Below are positions 1 through 13,070 of a stretch of DNA of 64,000 nt, piece after piece (positions within the stretch are counted from its first letter, which is position 1; each line of letters begins with the position of its first letter). The stretch covers positions 170,167 to 234,166 of the forward strand of contig NIVC01001817.1 of the NCBI GenBank assembly GCA_002269645.1. Reading direction: 5' to 3'. Source of the DNA: Macrostomum lignano (Eukaryota). Below the pieces are notes generated by a model, which did not search any database, was not told the DNA's origin, and saw only the letters and a list, made by a program, of their open reading frames with translations. The position numbers and the translations under genes were made by a program.

Positions 1-691
1 TCAGATCAACTAGCAGTTATGTATATGTATTGATAATGAAGATCTTGTCTAACCTTTATGCCTATTGACAATTGCCAAAAGTTATGATTTTCTAAAGAAA
101 TAGTTGAATATGCAAAACTAATTTTACTATTTTGTCATTTTTGTTAATGCAAGTATTTTCATTTTTTGGGTTGTTTTTTTTCAATATTAAATAATTCAAT
201 TTTTGAATTTACCTTGATTAGACCTTTTGCCACCTAGCCAAGTAGGCTAGGTTTGGGTGTTAGGTGTGTTTATATATAAGTATAAATATAGGTAGCAACC
301 ATATATATGCAATACCTGGCTGATCTAGCTAGCTAGTGAGAGTAAAGTTAAGTTGCAAAAATGCCTACTTATAAATAGACAAAGTACTAATTAGATGACA
401 AAGCATTTAGTTTTAATAATATAGTAATAGTGACTAATGTCATTTATCCAAAATTATATTATTGCAAAGTTTTTTCATAGGTAAGTTACATTTTTGGTCA
501 AAAAATAAATCACATGGTTATTATAAATCAGTATAAATCAATAATATAAATCAATTTGTCAATAGACATAAATATAAAAAATTGTTTAGAAATAAGAGAA
601 TTTGTTTATAGGCCTACTTAAATGCTAAAGTCTAGTCTAGTAATCTAGTCTAGTAATGATACTAGTTTAGCAATATTGGTCACTTAGTTTA

Positions 692-816
692 GCTTATTTA
701 GAATTGGTTCATGCGATTTTATATATAAGGCCTCAAGCACTTTTAGTCTATACTCATTTGTACTCAAAAGTGCTTGAGGCCCTGTACATAAAATCACGTA
801 AACAAATTCTAAATAA
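692..816. repeat. Long imperfect palindrome (hairpin-type element), interrupted near its right end by a MITE
   Basis: Left arm gcttatttagaattggttcatgcgattttatatataaggcctcaagcactttt (692-744) is the near reverse complement of aaaagtgcttgaggccctgtacataaaatcacgtaaacaaattctaaataa (766-816). The right arm resumes as ataagc at 1603. Confidence 0.8.
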
Positions 817-1602
817 GGCTCATTCCATATAAGCATGGTTGTAACATGACAGGCTATTTTTACTTATAAAATGAAATATAATAATAGAATATACTAAACC
901 AATATTTTAAATGAAAGATAATTTTGTCAAAAATATTTTTATAGTTTCATGTAGATATCATCATTAGTATAGATGCTATTAAACCTTGAATGGCACTTAT
1001 GGTCGTAACAACAGGATTTTTGACATATAGAAACTAAAAGGTAAAAGTCTTATAACATTTTTATTTTTGATATTTTGCAATACATTTTTTAAAATTTGAC
1101 TAAGAACATCTTTAGTAATCATACTCTTTTTGTAGAATATATAAACTCAAAAAGGCAACAAAGATACAAAAGAAAAGGCAGCCTTATGGTCGTAACATTA
1201 TGGTTGTAACATATTTTTTTTCTGTCAATTCAGTAACTTTGAGGTACCAATATATTAAAAATATAATAGATTATTTGGTCACCAATACTTTTATCTGATG
1301 ATGCAAGTACTATACTTTTATCTATAGTTTGTTTCAACCTTCCAAAGCTTTCTATTTGTTTTTAAAAGGTACACAAACTTAATGATGTCTTTTGCTTAGA
1401 AAAATGTCTAAATTTTTACAAAAATGACTTTTTGCCACTTGATAGCATACTAATCTAACATTTTATCATTCATTTATTCTTAGATTGTAGATATTACACA
1501 TAAAAAACATTTGGTAAAAAAATTGGCTGATAAGGCAATGGCAAGCAAAAATATTGACTTTTTTCTATTTTCCAAAAATGTCCATCTTATATGGAATGAG
1601 CC
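817..1602. mobile_element. Non-autonomous DNA transposon (MITE), 17-bp TIRs, 4-bp ATAA target duplication
   Basis: GGCTCATTCCATATAAG at 817-833 and its exact reverse complement CTTATATGGAATGAGCC at 1586-1602. ATAA flanks both ends (813-816, 1603-1606). Internal repeated motif atggt(t/c)gtaaca. No ORF. Confidence 0.8.
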
Positions 1603-1661
1603 ATAAGCAACTTTCCAATCATGGTTCTAGTGCCCTATGTGTATTCTAGGTATATACTTGT

Positions 1662-1678
1662 GCTTCTCTCTCTCTTTC

Positions 1679-1766
<88 letters not shown>

Positions 1767-1771
1767 TTCTC

Positions 1772-1849
<78 letters not shown>

Positions 1850-1858
1850 TTCTCTTTA
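1662..1858. repeat. (CT)n microsatellite
   Basis: Direct reading; it accounts for the LSLSLS/RERERE ORFs. Confidence 0.97.
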
Positions 1859-2822
1859 TCTTTCCCCCTCATTGCAACTCAGTGAGTTCTCTGTTGGACT
1901 ATGCAATCTATTGTTAATTTATATACAATTTCTGACTTTTATTGACCCATTCTTGTCTAAATTGCTAAATATAAGTAAATAAACAAATAAATTATAACTA
2001 AATTTTAAAAGCATGAGGATGCCTGATGCAAGGCAAAATATGTTGCATAACAAAAAATGATAGCGCTCACATTTTTAATTTTGCTTATCATCAGACTTGC
2101 AAGTTGCAACTTTACTACAAAAATATTAGCTATTGAAGTACTAATAGACATAGGCAATAACATAATAGGTACAAGTTAAAAATGCATTTCTATTATCTAT
2201 TATTAATTTTAGGTAAACGGTAGGAGTAACTATGACTATAGTATTAGTGCTTAATGCCTCATCATCTAATTATTACTTATTAGACAGTTAAAATGTCTTT
2301 TAAGTTTGAATTTTTGTGACCTACCTTGGCCAGACCTCTTACTCTCCATGTGACCCAATTGGAGGGTCAGCCAGGTGTTGGGCATGTATTTTCTGATAGT
2401 CTCTTTGCTACAGAGAATCTTTGGTAGCCTGTTGATTACAAAAAAATTCTACAACCAAGTTTACTATTAGACTAGCTTTAAGACCCTAGCCATTAGAAAG
2501 ATAGTTGTATACAAAATTTAAATAGTTATATCCATGCTGCTATGTATACTGCTGGAAGTAGTCTCTAGACACACCAGTACTATGATTCATTTTATCCCCA
2601 CCATCCAATCCTAGACTGCTTTATAATTTTTTTCAACAGCTAACCAATAGAAAAGCCAGCTTAGCTCATTCTTTGATAAAAAAGAATGTACAGTTTGTCA
2701 GTATAAAGTGTACACGCTGTCATCTATGTATATGCTTAACTCCGTTTCACTCATTCAGAGATTTCAATCTCAACCATCGTCCCAAACGATACAACAAAAT
2801 TGTTCTATATCCTATTTGTACA

Positions 2823-5800
2823 ATGGACAAAAATGGACCAGACCAGTCTCAACCATTGCGCCGGGCTCCAGTGCCATCAATTGAACTGACTCAGGCTGCC
2901 AACACTCACCCTGGCGAGGACAGCCCTCTAGTCTCTAAACTATCAGTTGAAGAGAAAGATAAAACCTACGAACAATATCAGGAGATTAAGAAAGAGCAGA
3001 CTGGCAATTTGAATGGCGTGTTAGCCGTATCGGCATTCGGTATCTCATTGGGTCTGTCTCTGCCGCATGGATTCAACACTGGCGTGCTCAATCCGCAAGA
3101 GCTGCACGTTAAAGAGTTTCTTAACGATAGCTACGTTGAACGATATGGCGATGTGCCAACTAGAGCTTCGTTGGAATTGATGTGGTCGCTTGTTGTATCG
3201 ATCTATCTTATAGGCGGCATGGCTGGTTCGCTGTCGTTTGGTTTGATTTCGGATAGACTTGGCAGGCGAGTGATGCTATGTTTTGTGCCATCTTTATTAA
3301 TTAGCTTACAATTCCAATGGACTCCTGTTCGACATGCTCAGGCCTTGTGGCTAACCCTGATGGGTGTGAATCGTGGTGGGACTTTTTTGACTCAGCTGCA
3401 GGGGATCCGGGCATCCGGATGCGGCGAGGAGGCGTTGTCGCCAATTTCGCTAACCCCTGGCGACCACAGGCAGCTAGTGCTGCGGTGTCAAGCAGGGAGA
3501 TCCGGTGGTCCCCCTCCGGACAGTCCAGGTGGTAGATGGTCGCTCGTCCGGTAGTTTTTAGGTAGCGGACGAGCTAGCAGAGATTATAGGGCCTGAAAAT
3601 ATTGGGGAGGTCCAGATTTGGGCCGAGGTAGGTGTGCCTGTTCTGATTAAATACGGGGCATTCGCAGATAAAGTGCTCCGCATTCTCGACACCGGAGAGG
3701 CAGAAAGGGCATTCCTCGCTACGGTTTTTTCCCTGGAAGTGATGAAGCCTGGCAAAACAGCCATGTCCCAAGAGGGCCATGATCACCACCCTGATGTCCC
3801 TGCGGCTGAGTCCAAGCTGGGCCCTGCGGAGGGCGGAGGAAGGACAGGGGACAGTCGCTCGGGATTGCCAGCAGTCGGGGGCGTTAGCCCACCCCTCCCT
3901 GTCGTTGTGGGATAGTCAGATGCTTTTACCGTTAAGCTGCTCTGCCCCATCACTCGCCTGTGTTCAAAGCTTATTTTTACGCCTAAATCGGTTTTTTGAC
4001 GGATAAAATCTGCAGATGACATTTTACCCTTTTTTATTGCTAGCAGAGTTTTCTACAAGTCAAACAGTAATTCAAATTCATATTGCAGCGCTAATGAAAT
4101 CTGTTTAATTATAATAAGGCTTCAGTTCTGCAGGTTTCGGAAAAGATTAATCTCCTGCTTTTTTGAGGATTAGTCAAGGATGTCTAATTTATTTCCTGTT
4201 GCTAGGCCAGCGCAGGGATTCGATCTAATTACTGATGAAGCTCTCTCTTCGTCGCCTAGGCCTTTTCCGTTGCAATTATATCTCCGAATCCTCACTCTGT
4301 GCTAGCCCTAATGAACTCTCAATTAATTAATGATAATTGAACAATTTAAACAGGAAAAAGGCTGCCTACGTGTTTCTAGCATTTGTGGCACTAAGTTCTG
4401 TATTCTATGCCCTGTGCAAGGTAGCCAATTCAATGGAGATGCTATTCTTGGCTAGACTGATCTCCGGGTTCGGGTGCGGTAAGTCCTATTATTATAATAC
4501 TGAGCTGATTGACAGCTCTGTGCGTGAAGCGTGCATGTCAAATCTATATAGTTTTCTGTATAAGGGGAAAAATCCCCCTTTCACAGAATAGAGCTTTGAA
4601 TGAATGCCTCTTTCTTATATGGCTTCCTTTTTGAACATAAAAATCTCGCCCATTTATTATAATCGTCATTAATATATTTATTTTTGAAACCGTTGGCACT
4701 CGTTTTTCTTTTGTGCGTTTAAGTGGCGCGGGTGTGTCTGATGCACTGTCTACTTTATCTCTGTCTGTCTGCCTTTGTAGCCTTGCCTCTCGAGATTTTG
4801 TTCACCCTATAGTCGCTGTAAACGCTTCGCTGCGCAACGTCCACGGGGTAATAATGTCTACATCGGGAGGCCGGGAGGCCACACCATCTTTATGTTAATA
4901 TATATATATTGTCCTATTCTACTCTGTGTCTTGACTGAAGCGATTCTTTAGCGCACAGAACAAAAGCTTTTTTCTTTAACTAACTGCCCCACCCCATCTT
5001 TTATTCTCATCTTTCATTCTCTCTCTCTTTCTCCATGTGCATTTCTCTGTGGGCCCATTGCACTCTTAACCAGAAAGAATCTAGTCAGTCATTATACAAT
5101 GGCTTAGGTTAGGTAATACAACCTTATTATTATAGCCTCTGGTTTTGAGGCTTCTTTTTTCTATCTATCTGCTTGCATACATGTATATGCGCTAAGCAAG
5201 TTAAGGATATAGTAGAGTGAACTACAGTTTGGCAAAAATGTGGGAATAGAAACTAGTTTGGGATAATGATGGTGCGGGATTTTCTCGCTTTCGTCGACAG
5301 CACGTGACTGTGTGCACTTGTGTGTGTCCGTGGGCCCGTGTTAGAGGACTCCCTAATCCTCTCTCTCCCTTCTGGTTGGGCTTTGCCCCCCCCTCTTCCC
5401 ACTTTTTCTCTAGGCCACGCCTTTTCCTTTCGTCTATCGTGTCCTCTCCCTGTCCTCGCACACCCTCTTTGCCCGTCCCCACTCGGTCGGCTTCGGTCGA
5501 TGCGTTCAGCTAAAAAAAGCATGCGGAGGCGGCGCAGGTCTTCTATGTGCGAAGACTTAGGGGAAGCTGTAGTTCGTTCAGGCACGCTTTCTACACTCGA
5601 AAGCAGATTTGTTTGAAACCGATACCCTAACTGGGTGTTATATTTCTATCTATCTAAATGCATTTGAATCAGTTTTCCTGCATTCGCTTTTGTAAGAGTT
5701 AGAGTCGCAGGGTTGCGTGCGTTAGTAAAGTTATACTCGAATCTGACTTTCTCATCGCTTAGTGAAAACATATAGATAAGCTAGTAACATTCAAGTCGGA

Positions 5801-8030
5801 CAAAATCAATGCGAGTTTGTTGTTGGATCAATTTTAAAATAAATCATTTTTTGGCTTCTTCGTTTTAGGCGCAGTAATGAACTAGAAGTCCTATCTGATA
5901 AACTGTGTTTCTTTCTAACACGATTTTGCTACTGGCATCGTTTGGAAGCCTTTAAAAAGTTCTGGAATGTACTATTATTAACTGCCTTGACAAGAAAACC
6001 GAGAGCCAAACTACATTAAGCTCGTAATTGAGTGTTGCTATAGATGCCTAGAAGCTGATAAGAGCATTTCGTAGGATAATGGGATAGATCGCTGCTAGTT
6101 TGATTTGGTCCGGTTTGAACGGAGTCTATGCTAGCGAGAAATAACGAGGTCTGCCATAGAAGCCGAGTCCCATAAGCGTGGCCAAAGCCTAAATAGAAAC
6201 ATCTCATTTTTAGCATACTAATAGTATTGCTTTTGTCAGCCTAACTGAGAATAAAGCCACCCAAAATGAGAACCCTGCCTACGCTGACTGCGAAGGGCCT
6301 AGCTGCGTGCAGCCTTAGTCTATGGGCCATAGACAATAGGACAAGCAAAGTGATAAAAAGCCATCCAATGTGAGAATCGATTGGTCTATGCGTCGTATTC
6401 TTTTATTTTTATACCTTCTGAGCTTCTGAGCCATATGACTAGCCAATCCTAGCTTATCCTTTATAGTCTATGGCTCATAGGCTAGGCTGGACGCAGCTAG
6501 GCCCTTCGTATTCAGCGTAGGCAGGATTCTCACATTGGATGGCTTTTTATCACTTTGCTAATCCTTTATAGTCTATGGCCCATAGACTAAGGCTGCACGC
6601 AGCCAGGCCCTTCGCAGTCAGCGTAGGCAGGATTCTCACTTTGGATGGCTTTATTCTCAGTTAGGCTGACAAAACCAATACATTAATACCCATGCTTTAA
6701 GGGCGTTAATGGGAAAATCGGAGGGCGCCATTTATTCGAGTTTTTTTATTAACTTAGCGCGACGAATCGTTAGAAAAGAAAAGCATCTTGTCTCTGTGAA
6801 AAGCTCAAACCGTTTCTTCTATTTTGGCTCATCGTTCCATATTGCATGACAAATTAAGTTGTCTATGGCTTACTGTCTCGACTTGATTCAAGCGCTGGGC
6901 CATAGAACCCCATGGGCCGTTCCGTTTTAGATGTCCCCAGTTCCATATAGCATGACAAAAGGAATAGCTCTTTTACACTGTAGATTCTGATTTAAGTGTG
7001 ACCGTGCGAAAACAAATAAATGAAATAAACAGCTAGACCATAGACTATTGCACCAGTGCAAGTGAGATGTAAACACTATTCTGTAGTCTATGGCCGGGTC
7101 CAAGCTGAGATTGATTAGTGCCCACTGCTTTCAATCGAGCAGCAGCCTCTGGCTTATAACTGCACTAGGCCATAGACGATACTACTCGTAAAGCCAATCA
7201 ATTTATTGCCCTGAGTACCCAGCTGCACTCTCCCACAGACTGCAAGCAAAGCAAGCTTTTTATGACTCTATTACTGGTTAGAATACAATCAAGTAAAGAA
7301 TTACAAAGCAAAATACTCTGGCCACAGAACTATGATTAGCTTTATTGGTCTTGTCAAGTGCAGTTCTATGCCAGCAAATGGGGATTTTTAATTTAATCGG
7401 TTCAATCATTAACTTCAGTGACAAATGGGCAGATACTAATGTCGTGCTATTTTGGAAAAGTAATCCATCAAAATGGTAAAAATTTCACTAAAAAAGAACC
7501 CTATGACAGTTTTCGACGATGGGGTTTATTGTGTAATTTCCTACACTTACGAGTAACTGCTTTGTCTGCCCTTCCTGTACCATTAAGATAACAATCCAAG
7601 TTACATACACTTAATTAGCAATGCTTGATTCTAGTTAGCTTAGTTTACTGATGAAAAATTCCATCTATTTTGGAGGAATGATTTATCTTTTAGCCATGTC
7701 TTTTTGTACTTTAATAACAATATATTTGTAATACGCCATCTATATTTTCTCACAGCATGCCGTTTCGTCTGTTAGTTGCTTGTCCGTCTGTACTTTTGTG
7801 TGGATTGGAAGGAGTTTGTGGGTCTTATTTCTCCGCCTGACTGTCTGATCTGCTGTCGTTAAGTTTTCTGCCTTTAGCCAAATGCCGTCGCCCGTCTTGT
7901 CCTAGCTTATTGGCTTTCTAACGGGAGTTTACTTGTACAGCTACAATGTTGTAGTTTCTGTTTTTAGTCTGCCTGTCTGTCTGTATGTGTCTGTGTGTGT
8001 GTGTGTATGTCTGTTTGTGTCTGTCTTTCC

Positions 8031-8061
<31 letters not shown>

Positions 8062-8062
8062 G

Positions 8063-8107
<45 letters not shown>

Positions 8108-8127
8108 GCCTGTCCTGTCTGTCTGCC

Positions 8128-8160
<33 letters not shown>

Positions 8161-8229
8161 GCCTGTCCTGTCTGTCTGTCTGTCTGTCTGTCTGCCTGCC
8201 TGTCTGTCTGTCTGTCTTTTTGTCTTGCC

Positions 8230-8284
<55 letters not shown>

Positions 8285-11200
8285 GTCTGTCTATGTCTGT
8301 CTATGTCTGCCTATCTGTCTGTCTGTCTGTCTGTCTGCCTGTGTGTCTGTCTGTGTCCTACCTGCCTGTTTTCACTCGCCCATGTCCGTCTGAATGATCA
8401 GAGTTATTTATTAAATTATTGCTTTTCAAAATCTAATTGCCCCCTGCTTTCAAGTAAAAAATCTACAGGTTTTTTCCTTACTACAGGTTCCTCAATTTGC
8501 TAATTTATAGGTTCTCACAGCGCATGAAATACTTCGAATATATTTCTACTACTGAAGCTGACCCATCTATATTATAAATTCCCCTATAATTTATGACCTA
8601 ATTACCAGGCGCGGGCTCCGGCCTATCTCCTCTATTCTTAACCGAAATCGCTCCTGTGAACATTCGCGGCGCTATGGGCGTCCTGCACCAGCTTATGCTC
8701 ACTGTTGGCATCCTGGTATCGCAGCTGCTTGGCCTCAGCCAACTGCTAGGCCAATCCGACACCTGGCCTTACCTGTGCGCCCTTGTCTCCGCTCCCTGCC
8801 TATTCTGCCTGGCCGTAGTGCCATTCATACCGGACTCGCCGCGCTACTTAGTGGTACAATTAAATGACGAAATTGCCGCGGAGAAAGCGTTGAAGAAGCT
8901 TCGCAAAAATGAGCACGTCTCCGCTGCTATGCTAGAATTGCGGATGGATCGCAGGCGCGCTGAACTGCAACCTCCTTGGACTATCGGCATGATTCTGAAG
9001 GAGAAGAACTTCCGTTTACCCCTGCTGCTAGTGGTTGGGGTTAATCTTGCCCAGCAGTTGTCCGGCATTAACGTAGCTTTCTACTATAGTCACAATGTGT
9101 TGAAACGGTCCGGCATTCCTCTTGATGCTATTCAATACGCTGTTATTGCTATTGGCGCGATCAATGTGGCTATGACTGGTGTGTCGGTAAGTAGCATTTG
9201 CTCATTATTTTCTCATATCAGTTTTTTTCTCTATCAATGTTTGGCATGCTCTGATTGGTGCTATGTAGAAATGTAGAAAAGTGAAGCCGAGTATGACCAA
9301 AATCTTCAAATCCTTAATTAGTATCACCTCCCTATTTCCCTAATCCTAAATGGGGACTAAATTCTACTTTCTCTAATCCCTATTGGGACTGAATTCCAAT
9401 TTATCTAATTCATAATTGGGACTAAATCCCACTTTCTCTAATCCCTTAGTTTGGGCTGAATCCAACTTTCTCTAATCCCCTAATTGGGACTGAATCCCAC
9501 TTTCTTTAATCCATTATTGGGACTAAATCTCACTTTCTCTAATCCCCTAATTGGGGTTGTATCTCACTTTCTCTAATGCCCTAATTAGGGCTGTATCCCT
9601 TTTTCTCTAATCCTCTAATTGGGGCTGTATCTCACTTTCTCTAATCCCCTAACTGGGGCTGTATCCCTCTTTCTCTAATCCTCTAATTGGGGCTGTATCT
9701 CACTTTCTCTAATCCCCTAATTGGGGCTGTATCCCTCTTTCTCTAATCCCCTAATTGGGGCTGTATCTCACTTTCTCTAATCCCCTAATTGGGGCTGTAT
9801 CCCTCTTTCTCTAATCCCCTAATTGGGGTTGTATCTCACTTTCTCTAATCCCCTAATTAGGGCTGTATCCCTCTTTCTCTAATCCCCTAATAGGGGCTGT
9901 ATCTCACTTTCTCTAATCCCCTAATTGGGACTAAATCTCACTTTTTCTAACCCTCAACCAATACTAAACACGTGTCCCTCTAATCAAAACTAAATTGTAC
10001 CTTCCTCGATCCCTATTTTGTTTTAAATGTGTAATTTTTCTAATCTTTAATTAAATAATTTAATTACGGCTTGGATGCTTTCTTTTAACTCGTTAATATC
10101 TAGCTAGCTACCTATTGTATTCTTATGTGTGCTTTAATCCCACTTGGCAACATGCTAAACATTATATAAACTTTTTATTATATTTGTTGTACTGTTTGTC
10201 AACTAAGTGTGTCACTAAGTGTTATACTGTAAGTTCTTAACGTTTTCTTTCAGAAATTTAGAGTTTGTTGTGTCCCTTAATCGTTGGTAAGACCATAAAC
10301 GGTTTGTATCGGTTTAATTTTGCGTTCATTCATAAATTAAGAACATTAAGTAATTATTGATTAAGTAATAAATTATTAAAGCTATAATTATTGATTCGCA
10401 ATGGAACATGATGATTTACTAATTAATTAATTATGTACTTTTTCATAGGCAACTTCACCTCAAATAAGGAGATTCTCAAGTATAAAAGTGCATTTATTCA
10501 TTCAGTTCATACAGTTTCATAGTTTTATTGTCTGTCGCAATATTTGCAGCTAGAATTACCACCAATTTTACAGCTTGCTTGAGGGCCATTGGACACAGCG
10601 CAAGAAAAAAAGAATAGAACAGTTTTGCGTCAGTGTAAATTTCAAGTATTCAGCTCTAATAGATACAAAAGATGCAGCTCATATCTGTGTATGTGCCCTG
10701 TTGCGGAGTATTTATAGTTATACAAGTGTGAGATATACAGCCTATGGCGCAGTGGGTCAATTGTGTATAGAGCAATACTGGGGCTATTTTTCTGTGCAAA
10801 ATGGTTACTGATAAATAACTCTTGTCTTTCTGGACACTGAGGCTAAGACTGGGCTAAGTTTGTGGCAATCTTTTTTTTCTCCAAGCTGCTGACCTCATTT
10901 GATTGACAGGACTCGCACAATTTCTTTTTCTGTTGTGTAAGCATTGTGTTTTTGTCAGCTGTTTTTTAAGAAAGAGAAAAAAACAAAAAATAAAGGTGAA
11001 AATCTAATGGTAATTTATCATCCTACTTTTAGTAGTGCAATGATTGCAATGATCGTGTTTTTTTTGAATTTTGAAATTATTCTTAAGCGCTAATGATTAA
11101 TGATGCGAAAATATGTTTTTTAAATCGAGTCATCTTCAGTGCTTAAAAACCGTTTTTAAGGTACCATTTTTGTTAAAATATTGTTTATCAGAGTGCATTA

Positions 11201-12977
11201 AATTTGAGTGCATCTAAAGTAAAACAAATTCTAAAAAAAAAAAAATACGAATTAGTAAACGAATTTCACAAAGTACAAAGTAATAAAACACATATTGGAT
11301 AGTAAAGCGATAAGTTAAATACAAACAATTAGTAACCAGTTGGAAGTAATAAAAAGTACTATCATATTATCGAAGTATAAAAATTGAATTCTAATCTACT
11401 GCAGGTTGCACTAGTTGAAAAGTTTGGTCGCAAGCTACTACTATTAGTATCGCACGTTGGCATGTTCATCGCCGCCTGCCTACTGACCGTGGCCCTAAAT
11501 GCTATGACTCACTTCGATGCGGATTGGATGGCCTACGTTGCCGTGATATCATTGGTTAGTTTTGTTGTCATGTTCGCTAGCGGCCTGGGCTGCATTCCGC
11601 AGTTTCTCGGCTCCGAGCTGTTCCTGACTGGGCCAAGGCCTGCCGCCATGGCTCTGGCCGCTTTTGGCAATTGGCTGGGAAATCTCTTTGTGGGATTGCT
11701 GTTCCCATTTATGGCCGTGAGTGTTCACATATTGCATAGCTCCCTTGTGTCTTTTATTGCATTCACACCATATAACTAGAATTCACATACATGCTTCACA
11801 CATACTGTATCGTGTTCGCATATTGCATAGTTTCCCCTGTGTCTTTTATTGCATTCACATCATATGACTAGAATTCACATACAGGCTTCTCACATACTGT
11901 ATAGTGTTCACATATTGCATAGCTCCCTTGTGTCTTTTATTGCATTCACATCATATAACTAGAATTCACATACATGCTTCACACATACTGTATCGTGTTC
12001 GCATATTGCATAGTTTCCCCTGTGTCTTTTATTGCATTCACATCATATGACTAGAATTCACATACAGGCTTCTCACATACTGTATAGTGTTCACATATTG
12101 CATAGCTCCCTTGTGTCTTTTATTGCATTCACATCATATAACTAGAATTCACATACATGCTTCACACATACTGTATCGTGTTCGCATATTGCATAGTTTC
12201 CCCTGTGTCTTTTATTGCATTCACATCATATGACTAGAATTCACTTACATGCTTCACACATACTGTATAGTGTTCGCATATTGCATAGTTTCCCTTGTGT
12301 CTTTTATTGCATTCGCATCATATGACTAGAATTCACATACAGGCTTCTCACATACTGTATAGTGTTCGCATATTGCATAGTTTCCCTTGTGTCTTTTATT
12401 GCATTCGCATCATATGACTAGAATTCACATACATGCTTCTCACATACTGTATCGTGTTCACATACATCATATATAGTGTTCACGTCTATCATATAGTATA
12501 GTATATATAGTATATGATCTATATTATAGTATAGTATAGTATATATAATATACGTTCACATCTATTCTATATAGTGTTCACAGTTCACAAATTCTACTTT
12601 CACTTTTCCTGTTCCAGCCTTCACGTAGTTAATGTATTAACAAAATACCTAAATGCAATACCGCTACCTCACAGGTATTCATGGGCAACTGGTGTTTCGT
12701 ACCGTTCCTACTATGCTTGGCCGCCTCATTCGTGTTTCTATTTATCAAACTACCCGAGACCAAAGGTCGCACACCCGACGACATGGCCGCTCTGTTTGGC
12801 ACGGACTATGGCATGCCGAAAATAACCAGTCGCAGTTCAAACATGCTAGAAGTGGTCAGCGATCACCTCGTGCACATGCACAACGACGAGGACACCAATA
12901 ATAGAATGCCAGTGCCGGACAAAGCTATTAAAGAGTACATCGCGTCCCAGAATAGCGTGAGAAAGGTGGAAGTTTAA
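2823..12977 (+). CDS. SLC2A/GLUT-family facilitated sugar transporter (MFS), 5 exons, 586 aa
   Basis: join(2823-3265,4354-4478,8609-9186,11405-11716,12675-12977) = 1761 nt with consistent phases. Motifs [56 protein letters not shown] and PETKGRT match GLUT1-type transporters. N-glycosylation sequon NDS in loop 1. Intron 1 is probably GC-AG. Confidence 0.93.
3310..3918 (-). mobile_element. 5'-truncated non-LTR retrotransposon (I-group, LOA/R1-like): ORF2 C-terminus and 3' UTR, in GLUT intron 1
   Basis: The minus frame reads ...[14 protein letters not shown]...[66 protein letters not shown]...[13 protein letters not shown]. This is the GH..F / CxxC-x7-H-x4-C zinc knuckle and terminal motif typical of these LINEs. 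In-frame stops indicate decay. Confidence 0.78.
6224..6681. mobile_element. Foldback-type element with ~155-bp modular inverted arms, in GLUT intron 2
   Basis: Left arm gtattgcttttgtcagcctaactgagaataaagcc...gtgagaatc (6224-6378) is mirrored by gattctcac...ggctgacaaaaccaatac (~6525-6681). Internal ~105-bp sub-repeats contain the palindrome gtctatgg(g/c)ccatagac. Confidence 0.8.
7968..8365. repeat. (TGTC)n microsatellite
   Basis: Direct reading; it accounts for the CLSV ORFs. Confidence 0.97.
9335..9950. repeat. ~34-bp minisatellite (ctttctctaatcccctaattggggctgtatctca) in GLUT intron 3
   Basis: Period 34 (e.g. ctttctct at 9669 and 9703); the unit contains the near-palindrome cccctaattgggg. 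Confidence 0.93.
11719..12480. repeat. 88/89-bp minisatellite starting at the donor site of GLUT intron 4
   Basis: Unit gtgttc(a/g)catattgcatag...cacatactgtat repeated about 8.5 times, with alternating variants. Confidence 0.93.
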
Positions 12978-13070
12978 AATCTGATTTTCTGCCCTTAGGA
13001 TCGGATTAAGAGATCACCCGATCATAATTTTTTATACAGTGGAACTACTCAAGGGGAAATTTGTTAATAC

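Noticed and set aside
2673-3554. 293-aa ORF as a single-exon gene
   Set aside because: It is GLUT exon 1 reading through into the intron and the antisense LINE fragment.
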